DNA of 64,000 nt, taken from NCBI GenBank assembly GCA_964579675.1, contig CAZOIA010000002.1:5060-69059 (forward strand). The letters run 5' to 3'. A model generated the notes under the pieces. The model was not told the DNA's origin. It saw only the letters and a program-made list of their open reading frames with translations, and did not search any database. The DNA comes from an uncultured Planctomycetales bacterium. Its GTDB lineage: Bacteria > Planctomycetota > Phycisphaerae > UBA1845 > PWPN01. This document shows, piece after piece, positions 19,293-28,476 of this stretch; within the stretch, counting starts at the first letter, position 1, and every line of letters begins with the position of its first letter. A program made the translations under genes and the position numbers.

Positions 19293-22200
19293 GTGAATCT
19301 GAACGACCGTGCGCGATCAAGCGCCACCTGCGCAGGCGCAGAGCCGCTTGCAATCAGGCACCGCTTCTGTAAGCGAAGGGCCGCGCGGGCTGAAGTCCGC
19401 GGCTCGTCGTGGGTGCGTAATCGCGCACGGTCATTAGGCTGGCGAGTCCCGTGGGGACCGGCCCTGGGGCTGATGGCTATGGCCTTGGTTGCCGCACCCG
19501 ATGCCGGTGGGCAGGAAACGGACAAGCTTGCCGATCTGTTGGCGGCCTCGCACCGGCAGGAACGGGCGGGCCAAATCGACCAGGCCGCCGAGTCCCGCAA
19601 GAAAGCCATCTCGCTGCTGGCCACCGAGGAGGAACGCGCGACGCAGTGGATCGAGCTGGGGGATCTCTACCTGCGGGCGAACAAACCTCATCTGGAGGCC
19701 CAGGCCCGGGCCGAAGCGCTCAAGCACCTGGTCCCTTACGACCCCCGGCACTGGCCGACGGTGGAGCGATTGCTGTTTCTGTACCGGGAGCAACTGGACC
19801 GGCCGGGGTCGGCGGTGGCACTGCTGGAATCGCTCACCGCGGGGCTCGAGCCCGGCCGGGGCGACCTGCGGGCGTGGATGGAGTTGGCTTCGACCCGCCA
19901 CCGAATGGGCGAGACCGATTGGGCTAGCACCGTCTACCACGCCCTGGCACGAAGAACCTCACCGGGGAGTGGTGAGATGCGGCGGCGCCTCATGGTGGCC
20001 CTGGGTTTCTGCAAGCGGTTTTCGCCCGGGGAAGCGAGCTTCAACCGCAATCTCGGAACCGCCGCCCTGATCGGTCGGCTCCGCTCGCGGCTGGGCGAGA
20101 AGCGATGGGATGAGGCGGCCGACTGCATCGCCGAGCTGCTGACTCGTTTCCCCGACGCGGTCATGGATGCCGACGGCGTCGTCGGGACCGGGCCGCGAAC
20201 GGTCGTCGCCGGACTGCTGGCCGGGCTGACGCCGGCGTCAAAGAAGGCGTACGAAGAAACGCTGGCCCGGCCGTTGGCGAAGGTCATCCACGGGGGACGC
20301 ATCGAGGAGATCGAGCGGTTCGCGCGAACGCACCCGTGGCCGGCGTTTCGCCCGGCATTGATGATAGCCGCCGGCGATGCCCTCCTGGCCGAGGAACGTT
20401 TCTCCCGGGCGGCGGCATGCTACCGATCGGCGGCCTCAGCCACGACCGAGCCGGCTCAGCGGCGCGAGGCCCTGATCAAGGCGGCCCGGGCCGCCATTCT
20501 CGCCGGTGAGCCCGTGCCGGCAAATCTCCCCGCCGGCGAAACAGTAACGATCGCTGGCGAGACGGTAACCATCACCGATGCCGTTGCCCGGTGGCAGAAG
20601 GACATCAAGCACCGCGGTGACGAAACCGTCCCGCCGGTGGCACTCTCGGCGATGAAGCACGATCGTCTGCGGCTTCTGCAGGCGCCGTTGGCCCTGCGCA
20701 AATGGCAGGCCGGCTGGCAGACCGACCGGGACGGGCAGAACCCGGTGATGACCGCCGCCTTCGTTCCGTATGTCCTGGCGGGCGACCGTTCCCAGGTGTT
20801 CATCAATACGTCCGAGATGCTCTACGCGATCGACCCGGTTGCCGAGAAGCTGCTGTGGACCCGCGGGCCGAGCGAGCTGTTCACCGCCGAACTCCTGCCG
20901 CCCAGCCTCAAGAGGGTAAGGCTGAGCAACACGCCGAAGCGGTTCTATACCGCGACTTCGGCGGACACGCTCTTCTTCCGTCTGAACTGGGCCGACCGGA
21001 CGACCCAGGCGACGCGCAGCGCCATCTTCGCCGCCCGTCGATCGGATGGCGCGCTTCGATGGAGCACTGAGGGCTTGAGCGCACTGGCGGGCATGCGTTT
21101 CGTGTCCGATCCCGCGTACGGGTGCGGGACGGTGGTGGCGGCCACCTGGGAGCCTCGGGAAATCCCCGTGTTCCATCTGGTGGGGCTGGATGCGGTTACG
21201 GGCGAACTCCTGTGGAAGACGCACTTGTTCAGCGGAACGATGTTCCCTGCCGTCCGCGGAGCGGGGCTGACGGACGCACCGCTCGGGTCAGCCCCACCGA
21301 CGATTGCGGGCAGTGCGGTGTATTTCGTCGCCAGCACGGGCGTTCTGGCTTGCCTCGACCTGCTCGACGGGCACGTGCGGTGGCTGCAAACGTACCCGCG
21401 TATTCACGAGTACGGGCGCGTCGCCAAGGAGAGCTCCAAGGATAGCTGGGCGGGGCGGTTCATCTTCAACCGCCCCAACGCGCCGGTGATCGTCCGGGGC
21501 AATCTGGTACTGGCCGCACCGCAGGACTTTCGCGGCATCCTGTTCTTCGACGCCGAGAGCGGCCGGCTCGTCCGGCAATACGAGTCGATCGACTTCAGGG
21601 TGCTGATCGGCGCGGACGACGCACGGGCCTACATCCAGCAAGGGGGGGCGGTCGCCGCGGTTCAACTCGCCGACGCCAGTGTGGCGTGGGAAACGATGTT
21701 GCCGGCGTCGATGGTGATCGGCTCGCCGGCGATGTCGAAGCGCGGGATCATCTGCGCGACGAAGGAAGGGCTCTTCGTCCTCTCACCGGATGACGGACGC
21801 ATCGTGGATGAGCGCCCGCCCGTAGGCTGGGAACCGGTGGGCAACCCGTTCGATCTCGGTGATCGGATCCTCGCGGTCTCGCCGGTAGCGGTTCACGTCC
21901 TCGCCGCTCGTGTCAACGGTGGAAAAAACTGGTCCATGCCGCGCTCGCCGGAGCCGACCCGGTTGACGGTCGAGGTGTCACCGCCTCAGGGTCTGACCCG
22001 GTGGGCACTGCCGGCGCCGGACCGGGGTGACTTTTTTTTGAGCGAGCAGGCGCCGGACCTGATGGTCATCCGGACGTGGGAGTCGTTCCAGCTCCGGCGG
22101 GTTGACCCGGCACCGACGCTGCTGTGGGAGTATGCGGGCCCGTCCTGGCCGCGGACGATCCAGTTTGACGACAAGATCGTGCTGTTCGACTACACGCACG

Positions 22201-23972
22201 GTCGTTTGATCGGCGTGGACGTTAGGACGGGCAAGCCAAGGTGGGAGCTGAGGGATGCGGCGATGGCGGGCGAGCGCGGGACGGGGGGGGCGATCGTAGC
22301 CGGCGACCTGGCGGTCTGGTTCAACCGGAATCGCGTTCGGGGTGTCAACACCGGGGACGGGCAATCCGGCTGGTCGGCTGCGTTTGAGGGAATGACAATT
22401 CGGGGCATCTGCCCGCACGCCAAGGGAGTCGGCGTTTTCCTGGAGAACGGTGCCGGGCCGCTCGCCGTGCTCCTGGACCGCAAGACGGGCAGCGAGATTC
22501 GACGGATCCCGCTCGTTAAACCGCGCAGGACGGATAAGAACCTGCGTGTGGTTCGCTGCGCAAGGGCCGACGGGCAGAACGTGGTAGCTGCCCTGCCCAT
22601 CGCCCTGATCGACGGGTACCAGATCGCGATGGTCGATTTCTCCGCTGGTCGAGTCGAACTCAAGAAGGTCGATAGGCTGAAGGGGGAAACCTGGTTGGTT
22701 CGCTGCGGCGACGTGTTGTGCATGGTTGGCCGGGGTGGTCTCATCGCAGCGCGTTCGCTGCGTGACTTCAAACCTCTTTCTATTCACCCGGCCGGTCTCT
22801 GGCGTATCGCCGACGGCATCGAGTATTACGCCCATGGGCCGCGCATCTTCGCGTGGGACACGGCAAGGGGCGAGCCGGTCTGGCAGACCCGCGCGTTCAC
22901 GTGGCAAACCAGGCTCCTGGTCGTGGCGGGCAACACCCTACTGGCGGCCCAGGATTTGCCTGACGAGGACAGCCCCCAGGCGAGGGTGATCGCCATCGAT
23001 CGCACAAACGGGGACGTGGTGGCCAAAACGCTGGGGCTCGCCCGGCAGTTCCACAAAGTCGGGGACCAGGGCGAGTCCCTTTACGGTTTCGACCTGGGTT
23101 ACCTGTACCGGTTCGGCGAGCCCCGAAAAGCGACGCAGCGGCGCCAGCGGGTCACGCAGGAAGGAGGCGACGTCGAGGCGATCGCGGCAGTGAAACTCGC
23201 CCGCGACATGGAAACCGGTCTGCTGGATACGCCACCCGCGGGCCGGTTCACGCCGACGATCGACGCCGACCTGACCGACTGGCAGGACGCCACGTGGGTC
23301 AGGCTCCAGTGGCCCGGGCATTGGCAGCCAGATCACGTGCTGCTTTCTTCCACGTCGCCGCGACGACTGACGAGCAGTGACGATTTGTCGGCCGCCATTG
23401 CCCTGGCTCAAGGCGAGGAGTTCGTCTGCCTGGCCGCCCGGGTTCATGACGGCACCCACGACGCGGCCATCGGACGCCCACTGTGGTGTGGGGACAGCCT
23501 TCGCGTGATCTGGTGGGCCGGCGACCGGCGGTCGGGGCGAGCACTTGCAATCACCGCCGCCGTCGTCGATCATGTGCCGTGTATTGAACTGGGGGATATA
23601 TCCAACCCGACGCGGGTGATGCCCGATACCGGGGTGTGGCCCCCGTGGCTGAAGTCTATCTTGTGGGAGAAGGATGTCCCGTGGCTCCGCCGCTGGCAGA
23701 GCGGCTCGACGCAGGTGCCGGGCATCCGTTTCGCCGCCCGCCGCGATGAAGCAGCCGACCAGACCGCGTATGAACTGGCGGTGTCGGTTGATCTGCTCCC
23801 CGCCGCCCGCGGGGCGGACCGTCCGCTGTTGTGGGACGTGATGATCAACGATGCCGACGGCAGCGGCCGCGAAGGGGCACTGGAACTGGGCACCGCCTTC
23901 TTGCAACTGGAACATCCGGTCGGTTTCGCACAATGGCCGGCTTACGATCAGGAAACTGGCCGGGAGAACTGA
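19293..23972 (+). CDS. Giant secreted protein: N-terminal TPR-like helical region, multiple PQQ/BamB-like beta-propeller blades, C-terminal CBM9-like domain
   Basis: 1559-aa ORF with a GTG start; the true start may be further downstream, near the hydrophobic LGLMAMALVAAP. Blade signatures recur (LLWTRGP, GELLWKTHL, VRWLQTY, VAWETML, PRWELRD, SGWSAAF, PVWQTRAF). The C-terminus IDADLTDW...AARVHDG...VMINDADGSGREGALELG resembles CBM9. Confidence 0.7.
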   Translation: MNLNDRARSSATCAGAEPLAIRHRFCKRRAARAEVRGSSWVRNRARSLGWRVPWGPALGLMAMALVAAPDAGGQETDKLADLLAASHRQERAGQIDQAAESRKKAISLLATEEERATQWIELGDLYLRANKPHLEAQARAEALKHLVPYDPRHWPTVERLLFLYREQLDRPGSAVALLESLTAGLEPGRGDLRAWMELASTRHRMGETDWASTVYHALARRTSPGSGEMRRRLMVALGFCKRFSPGEASFNRNLGTAALIGRLRSRLGEKRWDEAADCIAELLTRFPDAVMDADGVVGTGPRTVVAGLLAGLTPASKKAYEETLARPLAKVIHGGRIEEIERFARTHPWPAFRPALMIAAGDALLAEERFSRAAACYRSAASATTEPAQRREALIKAARAAILAGEPVPANLPAGETVTIAGETVTITDAVARWQKDIKHRGDETVPPVALSAMKHDRLRLLQAPLALRKWQAGWQTDRDGQNPVMTAAFVPYVLAGDRSQVFINTSEMLYAIDPVAEKLLWTRGPSELFTAELLPPSLKRVRLSNTPKRFYTATSADTLFFRLNWADRTTQATRSAIFAARRSDGALRWSTEGLSALAGMRFVSDPAYGCGTVVAATWEPREIPVFHLVGLDAVTGELLWKTHLFSGTMFPAVRGAGLTDAPLGSAPPTIAGSAVYFVASTGVLACLDLLDGHVRWLQTYPRIHEYGRVAKESSKDSWAGRFIFNRPNAPVIVRGNLVLAAPQDFRGILFFDAESGRLVRQYESIDFRVLIGADDARAYIQQGGAVAAVQLADASVAWETMLPASMVIGSPAMSKRGIICATKEGLFVLSPDDGRIVDERPPVGWEPVGNPFDLGDRILAVSPVAVHVLAARVNGGKNWSMPRSPEPTRLTVEVSPPQGLTRWALPAPDRGDFFLSEQAPDLMVIRTWESFQLRRVDPAPTLLWEYAGPSWPRTIQFDDKIVLFDYTHGRLIGVDVRTGKPRWELRDAAMAGERGTGGAIVAGDLAVWFNRNRVRGVNTGDGQSGWSAAFEGMTIRGICPHAKGVGVFLENGAGPLAVLLDRKTGSEIRRIPLVKPRRTDKNLRVVRCARADGQNVVAALPIALIDGYQIAMVDFSAGRVELKKVDRLKGETWLVRCGDVLCMVGRGGLIAARSLRDFKPLSIHPAGLWRIADGIEYYAHGPRIFAWDTARGEPVWQTRAFTWQTRLLVVAGNTLLAAQDLPDEDSPQARVIAIDRTNGDVVAKTLGLARQFHKVGDQGESLYGFDLGYLYRFGEPRKATQRRQRVTQEGGDVEAIAAVKLARDMETGLLDTPPAGRFTPTIDADLTDWQDATWVRLQWPGHWQPDHVLLSSTSPRRLTSSDDLSAAIALAQGEEFVCLAARVHDGTHDAAIGRPLWCGDSLRVIWWAGDRRSGRALAITAAVVDHVPCIELGDISNPTRVMPDTGVWPPWLKSILWEKDVPWLRRWQSGSTQVPGIRFAARRDEAADQTAYELAVSVDLLPAARGADRPLLWDVMINDADGSGREGALELGTAFLQLEHPVGFAQWPAYDQETGREN

Positions 23973-23999
23973 AACCGGCTGAATTATGGAGGACACTCT

Positions 24000-25011
<1,012 letters not shown>

Positions 25012-25022
<11 letters not shown>

Positions 25023-25060
25023 GAAGTGAGAAGTCAGAAAGGCAAGAGACGGAGAGAGGG
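25012..25060 (+). repeat. Purine-rich heptad tract (GTCAGAA GTGAGAA GTGAGAA GTCAGAA ...) overlapping the moxR stop
   Basis: Four GTSAGAA heptads at 25012-25039, followed by AGGCAAGAGACGGAGAGAGGG. It contains the 14-mer AGAGACGGAGAGAG (25045-25058), also found at 28343-28356. Confidence 0.7.
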
Positions 25061-25079
25061 CGATGATCCGCAGGGCTCC

Positions 25080-25107
25080 GTTTAGCCGCGACCCGAAGGG
25101 GAGCGCG
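25080..25107 (+). repeat. Single copy of the 28-nt hairpin repeat GTTTAGCCGCGACCCGAAGGGGAGCGCG
   Basis: Exact match to the full copies at 13327-13354 and 13427-13454 (reverse complement). Lies in the moxR-DUF58 spacer, 30 nt before the DUF58 ATG. Confidence 0.85.
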
Positions 25108-25136
25108 CGTCCGCCGACCAGGTTGCGAAACAAGTA

Positions 25137-26087
25137 ATGGCCAAACAGGACGACGACCGGCTGACCGATCGCAAGTACGTCGCGTTCGACGTGCTGAACC
25201 GCATTGCTTCGCTGGAGATGCGGGCGCGGGAGCTGGTCGAGGGGACGATGGCCGGTCTGCAGCGGAGCCCGTACCTCGGCGTGAGCAGCGAGTTCGCCCA
25301 GCACCGGGCGTACGTGCCGGGAGACGACGTCAGGCACATCGACTGGAAAGTGTATGGCCGAACCGAGCGCTACTACGTCCGTCAGTTCCAGGAAGAGACG
25401 AACTTCGTGGTGACGTTCGTCGTGGATTGCAGCGAGTCGATGCGCTACGGCTCGGGCGAAACGAGCAAGCTCGACTACGCCTGCCTGCTGACGGCCACGC
25501 TGTCGTACCTGGTGCTGCGCCAATCGGACGCGGTGTCGCTGGCGTTGTTCGACGAATCGCTGATCAGCTACCTGCCCCCCCGGACGAACGTCGGCTCACT
25601 GGGGCTTCTCGCCTCGCAGTTGGAAACGATCCGGCCCGAGCGGGGCACGAAGCTGGACGCGGTGGCACCCATCCTCACCGAGATGCTCACCCGCCGGGGG
25701 ATCGTGGTCGTGGTGTCCGACCTGCTCGATACCGCCGATCCCGACGAGCCGATGGCGGAATCGAGCCTGGTCCGGGCAATCCAGATGCTCCGGCACCGGC
25801 GGCACGAGATCATCGTGCTCCACGTGATGGATCCGCAGGAGCTGGCGCTCGATTTCGCGGGCCGAAAGCGCTTCGAGGGACTTGAAGCGATGCCCACCGC
25901 GGTCGCGGAGCCCACCAGGCTGCGGGCCGACTATCTCGAGATCGTCCACGACTTTCTCCGTGAGACCAAGGCGGCCTGTGCGGGTGCCCGGGCCGACTAC
26001 GCCCTGGCCAACACCGCCGAGCCGGTCGATCGCCTGCTCATTCGCTACCTGACCGCCCGCGGCAAAGTCCGGGAGGGGCGGCGATGA
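25137..26087 (+). CDS. DUF58 (VWA-like) protein, MoxR partner
   Basis: Typical position directly after MoxR. Motifs EFAQHRAYVPGDDVRHIDWK and a MIDAS-like FVVDCSESM. Confidence 0.85.
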   Translation: MAKQDDDRLTDRKYVAFDVLNRIASLEMRARELVEGTMAGLQRSPYLGVSSEFAQHRAYVPGDDVRHIDWKVYGRTERYYVRQFQEETNFVVTFVVDCSESMRYGSGETSKLDYACLLTATLSYLVLRQSDAVSLALFDESLISYLPPRTNVGSLGLLASQLETIRPERGTKLDAVAPILTEMLTRRGIVVVVSDLLDTADPDEPMAESSLVRAIQMLRHRRHEIIVLHVMDPQELALDFAGRKRFEGLEAMPTAVAEPTRLRADYLEIVHDFLRETKAACAGARADYALANTAEPVDRLLIRYLTARGKVREGRR

Positions 26088-28297
26088 GAGGGATCAACAG
26101 CCAACTGTGGTGGCTCGCCCTGCTCGCGCTGGTGCCGATCCTCATCCACATCCTGATCCGGCAGCGGTTGCCGGTCGTGCGTTGGGCGGCGATGACCTTT
26201 CTGCTGAAGGCCCTGCGCAAGAACCGCCGGAAGCTGCTGCTCGAAACCATCCTGCTGCTGATCGTGCGGACCGCAATCGTGCTTGCGATCGTGCTGGTTG
26301 TGGTTCGGCCGGTGGCCGAGGCGGCGTGGGCCTGGCTGGGATCGGGCGGGCAGCGGACGGTGAGTGTGATCGTCCTGGACGACTCGGCCAGTATGGCGGC
26401 CTCCGATGGGATCCGGACCCGGTTCGATCGGGCGGTGGGGCGGATCGATCAATACCTGAGCGAGCTGTCCGGCGGAAGTGAAGTGCTGGTGGTACTGGCC
26501 GGCGATCCGCCGATCGACCTGATCCGGCTGCCGACGCGCGATCTCACCTACGTCCGCCAGACGCTGGCCAAGCTGACCCCGCGCGACGGCACGGGCGCTA
26601 TCGCCGACGCGGTTGAGCGGGCGGAGGAATGGCTGTCCCACTTGCCTACGCCGAACCGCGAGATCATCGTCGTGACCGACACCCAGGCCGCCGACTGGAA
26701 GCGCGACCGGGCAAAGCTCCGACGTACCCTGGCCTCCGCCGCCCGGAAGGCAACGGTCTTCCTGGTCACCGTGCCCCAGACTCCACCCGCCAACGTCGCG
26801 ATTACCGGCATGTCGGTTACCGGTGGGCCGCAGGCCCTGATCCCATCCCTGGCAACGACGCTCTGGCCCACGTCGGTCAACGTTCAACTGGCTACGTCCA
26901 ATCATGAGGACGTTGTCGAGACCTTCGTAGAGCTTTTCGTGGACGACGACAAGGTTGCCCGGCGCCGGGTCTCGCTCTCGCCCGAACACGCAACCGCCGT
27001 CGGGTTCGAGCATCGTTTCAACTCCGCCCGCGAGTATGCCGTCACCGCCCGGTGCGAAAGGGACCTGTTCGATCGCGACAACGAACGATCGATCATCGTG
27101 CAGGTTCAGGAGCGTATCGGCGTGCTCATGGTCGATGGCCGGCCGGCCGCGGACCCGTTTGCATCGGCCACCGGGTTCTTGCGGGTTGCCATCTGGCCGC
27201 TCCTGCCGGACGATCCGGAGAGTGTCTCGCCTTTCGACATCCGGGTCATACCGGGCGGCGGACTGGAGTCGGTTCGCATCGCCGATTACCCGCTGATTAT
27301 CCTGGCCGACGTGCCCGCGTTGCCGACGAGCGCGCTGGGCCAGATCAAGAGCGCGGTTCGCAAGGGCGCGGGCTTGCTGGTGATCGCCGGGGAGCAGGTG
27401 ACCGGCGGGAACCTGGCCGCTATGTTCGCCGACGGGGGCCGCGGGCCGCTGCCGATCGAACTCGCTCCGCCGATCGATCTAGCCGCCGACGCCGAGCCCG
27501 TCGGACTGACGCTAAGGATCCCGCTTGTGCCGGCGCTGTCGAGTTTCGAGGCCCCGACGCTGACCGAAGCACTGTCCGCCGCCGGGTGGCGGACACTCCG
27601 GCCGGTGGCGGCCGTGCAGGGAGCGGCGGCCCAGGTCTGGGCCGACTTTGCCCGCGGCGGAGCAGCCCTGGTCGCCAACCGCTACGGGCGGGGACGGGTC
27701 GTTTACTTCGGCGGCACCGCGGATCGCAAGGGCGGCGAGTTCCCGCTTTCACCCGCCTTTGTCCCGTTCTTCCAACAACTGGCGTTCTACCTCCTTCACG
27801 GCGCGGACCCAGGGTCCGCCCAAGCCGGCCAGCCGCTCGACTGGCCGGGCGATGAGGCCAGCCCCACGCTGGTCTACCCGGACGGTACGAGCGAACCGGC
27901 GGAGGCGATGATTACCGAGGACACCATCACCGGCGAGAAGCGGGTCGTGCTGCCGGCGGCGGATCGGGCCGGTATCTACGCCCTGCGAGTCACCGGCCGC
28001 GACAACCTTCCCCGCCGTCTGCGGCGCGCGGTGACCGTACCGGCGGATGAATCCGATCCCGCCATGCTGCAGGCCACCGCCCTGGCAGATGATTTCCTCC
28101 CCGAGGGGATCCGGGCTATCAGCCCCGACGAGCCGATGCAGGCCGCCCTGCACGCCGCACGGACCCGGGCGGAACTCTGGCCCCTCGGGCTCGTGCTGCT
28201 GATGGCACTGGTGGCGACCGAACTCGTGCTGGTCTGGCTGTTTGCGCCAAGACAGGTGGATGCCGACGCGCTGCTGCAGCGAGCGATGCGACTTTAG
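26084..28297 (+). CDS. BatA-like membrane protein (aerotolerance-regulator N-terminal domain + VWA-like domain, C-terminal TM anchor)
   Basis: N-terminal LWWLALLALVPILIHILIRQR (BatA_N signature), VIVLDDSASM (DxSxS), and a C-terminal TM segment LWPLGLVLLMALVATELVLVWLF. ATGA overlap with DUF58. Confidence 0.75.
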   Translation: MRGINSQLWWLALLALVPILIHILIRQRLPVVRWAAMTFLLKALRKNRRKLLLETILLLIVRTAIVLAIVLVVVRPVAEAAWAWLGSGGQRTVSVIVLDDSASMAASDGIRTRFDRAVGRIDQYLSELSGGSEVLVVLAGDPPIDLIRLPTRDLTYVRQTLAKLTPRDGTGAIADAVERAEEWLSHLPTPNREIIVVTDTQAADWKRDRAKLRRTLASAARKATVFLVTVPQTPPANVAITGMSVTGGPQALIPSLATTLWPTSVNVQLATSNHEDVVETFVELFVDDDKVARRRVSLSPEHATAVGFEHRFNSAREYAVTARCERDLFDRDNERSIIVQVQERIGVLMVDGRPAADPFASATGFLRVAIWPLLPDDPESVSPFDIRVIPGGGLESVRIADYPLIILADVPALPTSALGQIKSAVRKGAGLLVIAGEQVTGGNLAAMFADGGRGPLPIELAPPIDLAADAEPVGLTLRIPLVPALSSFEAPTLTEALSAAGWRTLRPVAAVQGAAAQVWADFARGGAALVANRYGRGRVVYFGGTADRKGGEFPLSPAFVPFFQQLAFYLLHGADPGSAQAGQPLDWPGDEASPTLVYPDGTSEPAEAMITEDTITGEKRVVLPAADRAGIYALRVTGRDNLPRRLRRAVTVPADESDPAMLQATALADDFLPEGIRAISPDEPMQAALHAARTRAELWPLGLVLLMALVATELVLVWLFAPRQVDADALLQRAMRL

Positions 28298-28316
28298 AAC
28301 GGATGAGATCCACCAC

Positions 28317-28378
28317 GGAGACATGGAGAAGACCGAAGACAGAGAGACGGAGAGAGAACAGAGAGAAAGAGAAAGGGG
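28317..28378 (+). repeat. Purine-rich tract (about 90% purine by eye) downstream of the BatA-like stop
   Basis: Sequence GGAGACATGGAGAAGACCGAAGACAGAGAGACGGAGAGAGAACAGAGAGAAAGAGAAAGGGG. It shares the 14-mer AGAGACGGAGAGAG with the 25.0 kb tract. Confidence 0.7.
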
Positions 28379-28381
28379 CTC

Positions 28382-28443
28382 GTTTAGCCGCGACCCAAAG
28401 GGGAGCGCGTTGGGTGTTTAGCCGCGACCCAAAGGGGAGCGCG
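28382..28443 (+). repeat. Two copies of the 28-nt hairpin repeat (variant GTTTAGCCGCGACCCAAAGGGGAGCGCG) joined by TTGGGT
   Basis: Copies at 28382-28409 and 28416-28443. The only difference from the other loci is one loop base (GAA to AAA). The same TTGGGT linker joins copies 3 and 4 of the 13.4 kb array. Confidence 0.85.
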
Positions 28444-28476
28444 AGAACGTGACTGAGGCAGAACAATAGAGTCATC

